Positions 1 through 12,215 of a stretch of 64,000 nt of DNA are shown one piece after another (positions within the stretch are counted from its first letter, which is position 1; each line of letters opens with the position of its first letter). A program made the position numbers and the translations under genes. This DNA comes from the human T2T-CHM13v2.0 reference genome, Homo sapiens, in NCBI RefSeq assembly GCF_009914755.1, contig NC_060946.1; one strand, written 5' to 3'. The notes under the pieces are model-generated. The model did not search any database and was not told where the DNA came from. It saw nothing but the letters and a program-made list of their open reading frames with translations.

Positions 1-1410
1 AGACCAAAATGGTACAAAAGTTCCTTCTTTCCCACACACAGGACTCACTCCCAGCACCTGAGAAGGGAAGTGGGCGATTACCTGAGTGAGATGTTCCCAT
101 CTCAACACTGTCATCATTTAAAGACTGTTGTTTGATCTTATCATCACAACTGGTACATTACAGCACTTATAGGCACTTACATTAGACAAATGTTAAATAC
201 ATTATCGAGTTTAAAATGTTATTATGGTAATAGGGTGCCTGATTTCACTGCAGTTCATCTGAAAAGGTTTCAGTGCTTGAGAATATTTCTATTTCAAGGT
301 TAATTAATAGATAATCATGCTGATTTGCCTCAGAGGGATCTCCTTCGCACACCCGGGCCACTGTGAGTGTCAATTTTTATTATCTGTAAACCTTGTTGCC
401 GACACACCCTTCCCCTGGGTCCTCCTGCCCCAACACATTCAAGCAAAGCGACTCAGTGCTCACAAGGAGTTTTGACAAGACATGGGTTCCAACACATTTT
501 ATTCTGTTCACAATGTAGAAAAACCACTGCTTCAGAACACATGTTTTAAATATTAAAGTGCTGAAGGATACATTCAAAAAGTACAAGAACACATAACATA
601 ATCATCTCCTCAAGGTAATATTAGCACTCAACGGCCAAAAATTGCAGCAAAGAGAAATGGTTGCATCCTTGGAGCTACGTCATCCTGGTTGCCCAAGGTC
701 TGTTAGAGCAAAGGTCCCTTTCTCTGCAGGGCAGGTCTTTCTTCTGAATCACAGAATGTTGGTTCTGCCATTTTGACCAATAGATTAGTAACCAGTTAAA
801 CCCAGACTGAAACAATGAGCTGCTAGAGTTTAATTTTTCCTGGTAGGAATTCAATGTAGGGCACTCATCGGAGAAAAAGTCAATTACCCTCTGGCATCCG
901 CTGCTTGGTTACAGCAGTCACTGCCTATCCATGGACTAATTCAACCAGTAAAACATTTAATGACCATCTACTTAAGGCAGATGCTTGCACAAAGATCAAT
1001 CAGACCCAGACCCAGACCCAAACCCAGAGCTCCATGCCTGGAGCCATCGGAACCTGCACAAAGACGGTGCGGCTTTTGGAGGGAATCTCTTCTAATCCCC
1101 AAATTGATGACCTCTGGAAGAATGTGAGGGAACTCCGCGATCTCTGCTCTGTAAGAACATGGGCCTCTGTGCCTTGGTTCCTGGCTGGTGCCTGCCTCAG
1201 ACTTGCTGCCTGGGTTCCCCCGTGTCCCCACTGCTGCCTCTGCATCTCACTGGCATTTCTCAAGGGCCCACCCTGGCCCAGGCCTCTTCTAGGAGCTTTC
1301 CACGCACTCTCTGATTCCTCCTCCCCACAGAGTGCTGCTGGGTGCTGAGTGGATGGATGGAGGTTGCTGTCACGAGGAAGTGAAGCAGCATATGGAGGAA
1401 ATTTGCAGTA

Positions 1411-1659
1411 CCGCACCCCTCCTAGGCATCCCCAGGCCTGTAACATCACTTTCCTCCTCTCCTCTCTTCCTCTCCGCACCCCTCCTAGGTATCCCCAGGC
1501 CCATAACATCACTCTCCTCCTCTCCTCTCTTCCTCTCCGCACCCCTCCTAGACGTCTCCAGGCCCGTAACATCACTCTCCTCCTCTCCTCTCTTCCTCTC
1601 CGCACCCCTCCTAGGTGTCCCCAGGCCCGTAACATCCCTCTCCTCTCTTCCTCTCCGCA
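1411..1659. repeat. 63-bp minisatellite, about 4 copies (last copy 8 bp shorter)
   Basis: Unit ccgcacccctcctagg...cctctcttcctct restarts at 1411, 1474, 1537, 1600 and 1655; it produces the 21-aa repeats in the overlapping ORFs. Confidence 0.95.
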
Positions 1660-1745
1660 AGCACACTTTACAGCTTCCTTTGCAGAATGTCGGGGGAGTC
1701 AATTTTAGCTGTGAGGTGTTGAAAGGCCTTCCTGAAAGAGGTTGT

Positions 1746-1821
1746 TGGAGGAGGAGAAGGAGGAGGAGGAAGAGGGAGACACCTGAAAAGGAAGGGGAGG
1801 AGGAGGAGGAGGAGGAGGAGA
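1746..1821. repeat. (GGA)n purine-rich simple repeat
   Basis: ggaggaggag runs. Confidence 0.9.
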
Positions 1822-3911
1822 GTTGGAGCACCCCAAAGGATGGGGGTGGGGGGCATTTGCATGGTAGGGATACTCCAGAATCAGCATGTGCAAAGGCTCT
1901 CGAGGGGGTGGGGGTAGGTGGAGTGGTTCAGGCAGGAACATTCTGGAGTCCTTGGTAGATGGGCATACTGTGGTTGAGGGAGTAGGTTGGCTGGATGGGT
2001 CTCTGCACAGAATATGTAGAGCAGCTGCCTGATTCTTTGAGGTTTATTATTCCGAGGGGCAAAGAAGCAATTGCGTCTCTCTTACCATGCGCTGCCTTTG
2101 AACATTGCTGCTGCTTTAGCATAACATTAGATTAAATGTGCTCTTTGTCTGTCTTTAAAATAAACTCCCTGAAGGATTAGGTTGTGATTTTGTTCCCAAG
2201 TTAACTCTCATTTATCTGAAATCCTGTCTGTGGTAGCTCAGAAATCTGGGTCCATTCCTTCACTGACATTTCCTGTTTGTCAGCCTGGCCTAGCGTAGGG
2301 GAAGAGTTGTTAATGCCCATCCATCCCATCCAGTGGCCGTCAGAATACCAGAGCAGGGCTTACGAGCCTGTGTCAGGGCCTCTGAAGGATTTAGACACAC
2401 CTTGGGCTGTGGCCTGGAGCAGTCAAAGTGCAGGGCGGGAGCCCTCCCCACAATCCTTGCGTTCTCTCACCCCCTAAATCTGTGCCCATTGGAGGCTGGA
2501 CACAGTCCTGGTGCAGGAGGCACAGTGGTGAAGATCAGCAAGCCAGTGAGGTGCCTGGGTGGGCCTGGAAATTAGATGCCAGCCCCTCTTCCTGGTGCAA
2601 GAGGGGCTGAAAAAAGCCCCCATCCCTGCATCCGGCCAGCCTCCAAGAGCCACATCGCCTGAGCTGTGCAGCATTGACATCTTTCCAGAGTTAACACAGA
2701 TACCCTGCCCAGTGGGGCGTGTGTGAGAAACAACGTTGAGGGAATGCACACCCTGGAGCAAGGGACAGGGGTCACTGGAAAGGCCCCTCCACACATTGCT
2801 TCCACCGCAGGGGCCTCCTTGCGGGCAGAGGCTGCACGGGATGCGTCTTTGTCCCCAGATCCCACAGATAAGGACGTTGGTGTCTGCCCTAATGGAGAGT
2901 TTTGCTGCTCTGTGAGAGGCACACAGAGCTTCAGGCCCTGCTCAGGCTTGGTACTGGCTGCGGAAGCAGGGGGTTCAGGCTGCAGGATTCTCCTGAGCGG
3001 CAGATGTCCTCGTGCTTTGCTTTCTCTCTTAGCCACTGGGGTCACAATGCAATGTAATCAGTGGTCCACACTGACCAACAACAGGGCTTCCTCTGAGCAG
3101 CTCCTGGACAGAGCAGGTCCTTGGTACTGGTCTGAGGCTCTGGGTCTGATGGTCAGATCTACCCCCGTATTGCAATCTGGGACACATATTTCCCCAGGAA
3201 GCTGTCGGGAGTGCAGACCAGCCTGATGCTGAGGGTGCAGCCCTGAGGTTGCTGGGGTCTGCTTTAGCCCCCGATCCCATGACCTGCACCTCTGCCCTGC
3301 CCACTGTCCGGCTGCCTCTCAGCTTCCAAGGGAGGCCTCTGGGAACCACCCAGGCTTCCTGTACGGTACTTTCCTTTGGAGCCTGGATCAGTCAGGCTGA
3401 GCCTGGCTGTGCTGTAGAAACAAACAAACCCCACTTTAAAGATTTCTCACTCAGTTAAGTCCACTGCGGGTCTGCAGCTCCCCAGGCAGCTCCCTTCCAC
3501 TTGGTGACTCAGGGATCCAGGAGGCCTCTCTGAGGATCCTCATCTTGCTGGGAGAGAACTCTGGACACTCACCTTTCTCCACTGCCACCGGCAACTGGGA
3601 AGTCTTTCCATGAAGCCCAGGAAGGAGCGTAAAATTGGATGAGATACTGTAGCAATCTCCATGCAACATCCAAGCTCTTCCAGGAGAGAAGGACAGGCTG
3701 AGAGGCTGGGCAGACCCGGACTCTATTCCTGCCCCAGCACCCTCAGGAGTGTGTGCCGCTGGGTGGGTCCCCTTCTGTGCAGAGCAGCAATTCTCCTGAG
3801 CCAAAAAGATGTCAGGATCAAAGTTCAGCTGTTCCTGAACTTGCCAGCCCCTGCTCACAAAGGCTGCAGAGCCAGAACAGAGACGAAGAAGCTCCTGATG
3901 CCTGTGCCTCT

Positions 3912-4722
3912 GTTTAGGTGGTGTGTGTGTGGGGTGTATGTGTGTGGTGTGTACGTATGTGTGTGTGGTGTGTGTGTGGTTTAGGTGGTGTGTTTGGGGG
4001 GGAGTGTGTGTGTGTGGTGTGTATGTATGTGTGTGCTGTGGTGTGTGGTTTAGGTGGTGTGTGGGGTGTGTGTGTGTGTGGTGTGTACGTGTGTGTGAGG
4101 TGTGTGTGTGTGGTGTGTGGTGTGTGTGTGTGTGTGGTGTCGTGTGTGTGGTTTAGGAGGTGTGTTTGGGGGAGTGTGTGTGTGTGGTGTGTATGTATGT
4201 GTATGCATGTGTATGGTATGGTGTGTGGTTTAGGTGGTGTGTGGGGGGTGTGTGTGTGTGTGTGGTGTGTATGTATATGTATGTGTGTGTGGTGTGTGTG
4301 GTTTAGGTGGTGCGTGTGTGTGTGTGTGTGGGGGTGTGTGTGTGTGCGGTGTGTATGTGTGTTTATGTGTGTGTGGTGTGTGTGGTTTAGGTGGTGTGCG
4401 TGTGTGTGTGAGTGTGTGTGGGGTGTGTGTGTGGTGTGTATGTATGTGTGTGTGGTGTGTGTGTGGTTTAGGTGGTGTGCGTGTGTGTGTGAGGTGTGTG
4501 TGTGTGGGGTGTGTGTGTGGTGTGTATGTGTGTTTATGTGTGTGTGGTGTGGTGTGTGTGGTTTAGGTGGTGCACGTGTGTGTGTGAGGTGTGTGTGTGG
4601 TGTGTGTGTGTTGTGTGTGTGTGGTGTGTATGTGTGTGGTGTGTGTGTGTGTGGTGTGTATGTATGTGTGTGTGTGTGGTGTGTGTGTGGTGTGTATGTA
4701 TGTGTGTGGTGTGTTGTGTGTT
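3912..4722. repeat. Compound (GT)n-rich tandem array with recurring gtttaggtgg anchor
   Basis: About 800 bp of mostly G/T; tttagg at 3913, 3980, 4049, 4152, 4229, 4302, 4386, 4467 and 4562. Confidence 0.95.
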
Positions 4723-4734
4723 TATATGCCTGTG

Positions 4735-4895
4735 TTAAGGTTACCGGAAGTAATGCAGCATATCTCTTTAGTTTCAAATTCTAGATAAATAACAAATACT
4801 GGTTTTCTAGTGTGTGCTATGGAATATTTGAATGCATTTATACTAAAAATATGAGGATTGTTTATGCTGTACTTTTACTTGCTAACTCTGACAAG
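4735..4895 (-). mobile_element. MER53-like hAT MITE, degraded
   Basis: aaattctagataaataacaaat...tatactaaaaat...tacttgctaactctgacaa resembles the palindromic MER53 and the copy at 9997. Confidence 0.6.
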
Positions 4896-4924
4896 TCGTG
4901 TGTGTGTACCTGTGCACAACATTT

Positions 4925-5040
4925 CAGCTAATCTTCAAAACAACTCGATAAAGTAGGTACTATTGTTCTACCCATTTTATAGATGACGAAACTAAGGCAC
5001 CCAGAGATGAACTCACCCGGGACCAACAGCCTAGATCTGG
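4925..5040 (-). mobile_element. MIR SINE fragment
   Basis: cccattttatagatgacgaaactaaggcac, reverse complement of the MIR core. Confidence 0.8.
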
Positions 5041-6095
5041 TGGAGCCAGAAGGCCCCTCACACAGCCTGGCCGCAGAGGCTGAGCCCTCAGTGGGCGCCG
5101 GGACCTTCTGGCAGAGGCTGAGAGTGTTGGGGAATTTCAGATCCATCCTGGAGGGAGCCTGACTGGGCTTTAGTGGGGTGGCTGCCGGTTGGGGTTCTGA
5201 AGGGACGGGGGACCCTTGCTCCACAGCCAGGGGCTTCTGTTCCACGGGGCTTTTCCAAAGCCTCCTTGGCCCTCCTGCTTCCCTTTTCCCTCCTCCACTC
5301 CCCACGGTGTGGCCAAGCGGGTGAGGAAGCTGAGCCACAGGAATTCAGACTTTCCCACGGTGCCCCCTTAGGCGGTTCCTGAGTCCGGGGTCCCATCTGT
5401 AAAACCCTAGCATTCCCTCTCCTGGGAGGGCTCCTTTCGAGAACTGAATGCTGTCATAATTGTGTTTGTGCAGCCCCGTACAGAAGCCCAGATTTTGGCC
5501 TCTCCATGGCCCACACACCCCCTTTTGCCCTAGGAGTGGGCCGCGGTGACACCTGCCGGCTCTCCCTTCACAGACCCTGCCCCATCCATCCTCAGTCCCA
5601 TCTACCCCGGCCCCAGAGGGGTCCCTCGCCCCTCAGCATCAGCTGGACCTCCTCCAGCCTCCCTCCAAGGCACCATTTCTGGTTCCCACAGTGGGACCAG
5701 GGATCTCTTTTTCCTTCTCTCACTGGCTCTGGTAACATCTCACTGAGACCCCAGCGGGAGTTGCAGCTTCCTGATCTGGAATGATGTGTGTGTGTCTGTC
5801 ACCAGGGGGGCCGAGCTCAGATGGGCAGGGATCATGATGGCTGATGCGTCCTGGCGGCTCCCAGCACCCTGCCTGCTTCTGTGTGTGCTGAGTGTTGACT
5901 GGCATGAATCCTTACGGATGGTTTCCATATGCAAATCATGCAAAAACCCAACATCCCCAGCCCCCTGTCAAACCCAACTTTCCCCTGAAATAGCTGCCTC
6001 TAATTGCCCTTAACACACAGCAGTGTGGCTGAACGATGTTCCGTAGCTGTGGGCATTCCGAAGGAAAATGTGTCCTTATCCCCAGTTATAAGGGG

Positions 6096-6853
<758 letters not shown>

Positions 6854-7227
6854 GAAGAATACAAACTCTTCAGAGAGAGGGAAAAAGTGCATGGCATTAG
6901 CTGGGTTTTCATTGTCTGCTCATGGACTCAGATTTATTGAACATCTATTTGTATTAGTTCCAAGAAATAGAAATACTAAGAATACAAAGCCCGTGCTCTG
7001 AGAAATACATCAGGAGAAATTTAGTACATCAAAGACAGCTACTAGCTCCAGGGACACAGGTGCCAGGCAGGGCTTCGATCTGGGTCTTCACTAATGCCCT
7101 TGTCTACAGGCAATCCCAAGGCACAAGTCATCTACCCATGAGCAAACTGAGCCGCAGAGCATTACACACTGGTGGTAATTTAAAGAAAGAGTGTTTATGC
7201 TTAACCCAAGAGGACCTCTTCAGTTAG

Positions 7228-7559
<332 letters not shown>

Positions 7560-8899
7560 GACTTAAATCTTAACAAATGGATGGAAGGCAGCCATACACA
7601 ATGTTGGGGACAGGCCACCTGGTTCTGGGGGCAGGAGGAGCAGGCAGGGGGCCTGGGTGCAGGTGGTCTGCGAGGAGGCAGCATACAGAGTGTTGTATGT
7701 GTCGGGGAGCTGAGGGGGAGAGGCCACAGACATGGGTACAGACCAGGAGATTCAGGACAGATGCTGTGATGAGATGGGATTTCTTCCTACAGAAGTCGGG
7801 AGAGCCTCTGAAGGGTTCCAAGTCGACAGAAGGACTGGGTTTGAGAGAGAGCATGCCTGAAGGGGAGAATGCAGGGAGAAGGGAGGCCAGGAAGAGGCTC
7901 TTCTCCACGTGGGATGGTGAGGGCCGGTCTAGCAGCACGAGGTGAGTGATGGAGGGCAGCTCTAGGAGGTCAGGCTGCGTGAGGGACACAGGTGGCCCAA
8001 TGGATCCCCGAGAAGCCACATCAGCTGTTAGGAGCTTTGTGGACGAGGTAGAATGCTTTCTGAATCCTGAGCACTGTGCAGGACATGGGTCCTTTGTCAA
8101 CTACCATCGAAGAATAAGTGGTAATTTTCGGAGATGCAAAATGTTGGGTGCAGAATGCGAGTCCCCCTCCCCTGCGGGCCGTGGGCTGCTTGGCTGCGGG
8201 GTGAGGGTGGTGGGAGTGAGAACAGTGCTCCCTGTTTTGTGCACATTGCTACTCACTGTCGAGTTCAGCATGAGTGTGGGGAACAGCCCAGCCAGGGATT
8301 TGTCTCGGGGACACAGAATGATGGGGTGCGCAGGGAAGAGGGTGCCGGGCCACACCCTGTTTTCTAGCGGACGGTCGCTGTGGGGTGATGACTGCAGGCC
8401 CCGGTGCAACCTTCCCTTTTAAATCATCTGAGGCGGCAGAAGCATCAGCTCCACAGCCACGCTGCCCTCTTCTGTTCTCTCCTTAGAGGGGAGAAGGATT
8501 CATGTCTGACTTTTGAACCCGTGTCACCTGCTCCCATTTCGCCTTGCCACAGAGTGCAGCACCAGGATAGGAGTGATAAAGTGGTGGAAGGTGCCGCTCC
8601 GACTTGGGACCTGCCACATCCCACATGGATTCTTTCCCTACAGAAATTCATCGCCAGGAAAAATGACCTGGTCAAAGTAGGATCTGGGCATTCAGGGCAC
8701 CTTGGACATAATGGTACCCTAATATTCATTTGAATACTGTGAAACTGCCAATATTCAACCATTGTTATCTGCTAACATGGCAATTTCTGCGGCCGAGTCT
8801 GTACCAGCCAGTAAGGCTTGTGTCTCATGTTCACCTCAAACAAGCTAGAAAAGAGAGAACATAGGAGGTTCAGGCAAGAAAAGATGCCTGGTGTAAGAC

Positions 8900-9385
8900 T
8901 ATGCGTGTGTGTGCATGTGTGTGCATGCATGAATGTGTGTATGTATGTGTCCATGCAAGATCATGTGTGTGTGCATGCAACAGTGTGTGTATGCATGTGT
9001 GCATGCATGAGTGTGTGTGCATGCATGACTGTGTGCATGCATGACTGTGCATGCATGATTGTGTGTGTGCATGCATGGTTGTGTGTACGTGTGTGCATGA
9101 ATGTGTGTGTGTTCATGCATGATTGTGTGTATGCATGCATGATTGTATGTGTGCATGCATGGTTGTGTGTGAATGCATGATTGTGCGTGTGCATGCATGA
9201 TTGTGTGTGTGCATGCATGATTATGTGTGTGCATGCATGTGTGTGCATGCATGGTTGTGTGTATGTGTGTGCATGAATGTGTGTGCATGTGTGTGCATGC
9301 ATGATTGCATGCATGATTATGTGTGTGCATGCATGACTGTGTATGTGTGCATGCATGATTGTGTGCATGTGTGCATCTGCATGTG
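8900..9385. repeat. (TG)n/(TGCA)n compound simple repeat
   Basis: Repeated tgtgtgcatgcatgat-type units. Confidence 0.95.
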
Positions 9386-9894
9386 AACAGGGCAGGGTGT
9401 GTAACTTTCCCAAGTCCCTTTGAGAGGGCAACACACACAGCTACACTCTCAGGGAATGGAGGAGGCAGCAAGAGGGAGCTAGTGTGAAGCCACTTGCCTT
9501 GGAGCCTGGACGGTGGGTCCAGTATGAGCTGCCCTGGGCACAGGGGAGTTGGCTTAGCACTAAAGTCGGGAGCTGCCAGCACTGGATTTGCCCTAGCATG
9601 GGTCATTTTCTGATGCACTATGTACCTGCATGTTGTATCTGCTGTTTCCTTGCTAACTCACCCCTGTTGCTAACTCACCTCTCTGGGATATGAGTGCAAG
9701 GACATTTTTCCATCCAGGCCACTGATGTAGCCCCACACCTAGAACAGCCCCCGAAGGACGAAAGCTCTCTGGAAGTATTCATGGAGTGGCCGATGGAACT
9801 AAGGGTGTGGGCATTTGAGTGTAGCTGATTTGGGGAGTGCTATTTATATCACATGTGCTTGACATTCATTCTTTGCTATTTTTTTCTCATGGAA

Positions 9895-9955
9895 TAAAAC
9901 AGTGTCTGGCACATAGTAGGTGCTGGGGAAATCGTTGTTGATTGAATACATGAAA
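9895..9955 (+). mobile_element. L2 3' end fragment
   Basis: cagtgtctggcacatagtaggtgct...tgttgattgaat. Confidence 0.7.
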
Positions 9956-9996
9956 TAATAAGAAGGAATAGATATCAGATTGTTTTGTTTCTAAGA

Positions 9997-10176
9997 TTGA
10001 GTTGCCATATTAAAAAAATAACAATACAGGGTGTACAGTTAACTTTGAATTCCAGATAAACACATAACTTTTTAGTATAAATATGTCCCAAGTAACATGT
10101 GGGATGCACTCATACTGGAAAATTAATCTGAAATTTAAATTTAGCTGAAGATCCTGTATTTTATCTGGCAATTCTA
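9997..10176 (+). mobile_element. MER53 hAT MITE (palindromic)
   Basis: Terminal gttgcca/tggcaat, internal inverted symmetry, 8-bp TSD ttctaaga (9989) / ctctaaga (10177). Confidence 0.85.
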
Positions 10177-10759
10177 CTCTAAGACCATGTGAAGTATATA
10201 AATTCATTGTTATTTCAGGAAAGGGAGCTGAAAAGCTTGGACAACATGCCTAGAATCACAGAGCCAGCAAGAGGCTGGTCCGCTGACTGATGCCCCTCCC
10301 CGTGCCTCCTGCCTTTAAAAGGGGGCCCAGGGACAGGCTCCCGCACATCCCTACATTTCCCAGGCAGGAGACTCAGGGGCAGAGAGGCGGGAGGCTCGCT
10401 CAGAACTCAGCGCCAGGTTAAAGCAGTTCTGGGTTGGACCCTGTGCTCCTGCCCCTGCCCAGTGGGCTGGCATTCTTGCCACTACCCTGAACCTTCATAT
10501 ATTCTTTGCCCGATTTATTGAATCTCTGAGGCGCTATTGCGGGAAAACGCCACCCCACACCTCTGTCTGGTTTCCTGGACGTTGCCTGAAGGCCAGGGTT
10601 CCTGCTGGCCGTCTGACCTTTTCTCTTGTTCTCTTGGCGGCCTTTTTACAGAAGATACCTTTACAGCCAGCTACCTGGGAATCGCTGTGCACTTTTGGGC
10701 CACATCTGCTGGGGACAGGCTGCAAGCTGAGCAAAACCTGCTTGTTTGCTTGAGCTGCT

Positions 10760-10930
10760 CCAGATAATCTAATGAAAGAAACAGGGCTGATTAATCCCAG
10801 ATACTCTACTGGCGTTTAATCCCAGTGAATGTTAGACAACAATCTCATTATGTGCTTATGTCTTCAACATGACAGGCAAGGAATGAAATTAAGCCATAAA
10901 ATCAATTATTTCTGCAGAAATTGGCATATA
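10760..10930. promoter_or_regulatory. Candidate enhancer: cluster of K50-homeodomain, HOX, MEIS and SOX motifs
   Basis: TAATCT 10765, TAATCC 10792 and 10817, AACAAT 10838, TGACAG 10870, TAAGCC 10890, CCATAAAA 10894; motif evidence only. Confidence 0.45.
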
Positions 10931-11379
10931 AGACAAAACATCATCAGGAGGCGAAAGCAGTGATGATTAGGCCTTCATTTCCCCCGTGCTGATTGTGGAG
11001 CTGGCACCACACTCGTGATGCTCCCCAAACCATCCCGTTGCAAGGCTGGGTCCTGGGCACAAAATGGGGATTTGAGAAATGTCCTTCACAGATAACGCTC
11101 TCTTCTTGCCACTTCCTCTCCCTTTCTCTCTCCTTCTCTCTCCCTCTCTTCCTATCTCTGTGTCTCTGCCTCTCTATCTCTTTCTGAATCCTGGTGGACA
11201 TTGTGAGCTGTTGCGGCTGCGTTTGGGGAGTCTTATGACCCACGGTGGGTCTCCTGTCCTACTGCGTGGCATGCCGGGTCCCAAGGGTTTGCAGAGGGAC
11301 TGAGGAGAGCGTGACTACATAATTGTACAATAAAATTGTTATAGACACCGAGGAGTAGTGAAAGTAAAACAGAACAAAA

Positions 11380-11500
11380 CATTGACTCAGAAGTCAGAAG
11401 ATGGGTGACAAAGCTGTGTCACCTCCCACCTCTTGAGTTCTTGGAAACTTTTCTGCCAGAGGCTCAGTTTTCATGTCCGCACAAAGTGGAGATTGTGGGA
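11380..11500 (+). mobile_element. MIR fragment
   Basis: gaagtcagaaga...ggctcagttttcatgtccgcacaaagtggagat. Confidence 0.55.
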
Positions 11501-11867
11501 GGTAGTTTTTCAGGCCTGGTGTGACATTCCTTTAGAACGGATGCTGGGGCCGTGTGCTGGGCAAACCTCTACACAGTAATTAGGTAGCCAGTGAGCACGG
11601 CTGCGAGGGCGTTTGTCATCCCAACAGCCCATATTCTCAGAAATAATCACCCAGAGGAGCCTCGGTACAGAGACGGATAGGGCAGGAACCACCAGCTCCT
11701 GACCTCAAACGGAGGTGTACAGACATTCATCAGAGGTGGCAGCCAGCTCCTGCTGCCTCATGGTGCTTCCAAGGTTGAAAAAATAACCTTCCAACACCTC
11801 CTGCCCTGACACAGGGTTACTTCTGGTAGAGGTGGGGAGAGGAATCGATGGAGTGAGAAGCATCCTA

Positions 11868-11884
11868 TGACCTCTATATGACCT
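11868..11884 (-). promoter_or_regulatory. Perfect DR5 nuclear-receptor element (RARE-type)
   Basis: TGACCT-ctata-TGACCT on +, i.e. AGGTCA N5 AGGTCA on -. Confidence 0.4.
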
Positions 11885-12099
11885 CTATTACTGGGATTGT
11901 TGACAAGAAAAATTCTTTAATTTTTTACTTCTGTAATTCACAAGCAAATATAAGTATCGAGAACAAGGCTATTTGTAGTTGTGGTTTCAAGAATCCACGC
12001 CAGTGCTGTGAGTGACCTGCGGGTGGGAAGATCTTTGTGCTGGGTATGAAACCACAATGACGACCACAAAGGAAAGATGGCATCTACTGATGTTAGAGG

Positions 12100-12215
12100 C
12101 ACTTGCTTTTATTCTCATTAGCATTTGCCCAACAAGAACTATTCAATCCTTTTGACAGAAGAAGCAACTGAGGCTCCAGAAGGCACAGTGACTTTTCCAA
12201 GTCACACAGCTAAGG
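12100..12215 (-). mobile_element. MIR fragment
   Basis: tttgacagaagaagcaactgaggctccaga...tgacttttccaagtcacacagcta. Confidence 0.7.

Noticed and set aside
1-900. Possible 3' UTR of a neighbouring gene
   Set aside because: AT-rich unique sequence, but no linked coding exon or clear cleavage site can be shown from the window
905-1958. Overlapping ORFs of 147-211 aa
   Set aside because: Held open by the 63-bp repeat, (CAGACC)n and (GGA)n; open on both strands, non-ATG starts, no recognisable domain
3912-4570. CRISPR-like array or interstitial telomere (constant anchor with variable spacers)
   Set aside because: Anchor is only about 11 bp, spacers are low-complexity GT, there are no cas genes, the context is primate, and there is no tandem TTAGGG
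3914-4788. 287/288-aa His-Thr and Cys-Val rich ORFs
   Set aside because: Translation of the GT simple repeat
7570-8422. Cluster of 120-176-aa ORFs in GC-rich unique DNA
   Set aside because: Both strands open, no homology I recognise, no convincing exon structure; expected by chance at this GC content
8818-9618. ORFs up to 239 aa rich in His/Cys/Met
   Set aside because: Translation of the (TG)/(TGCA) repeat, not a metal-binding protein
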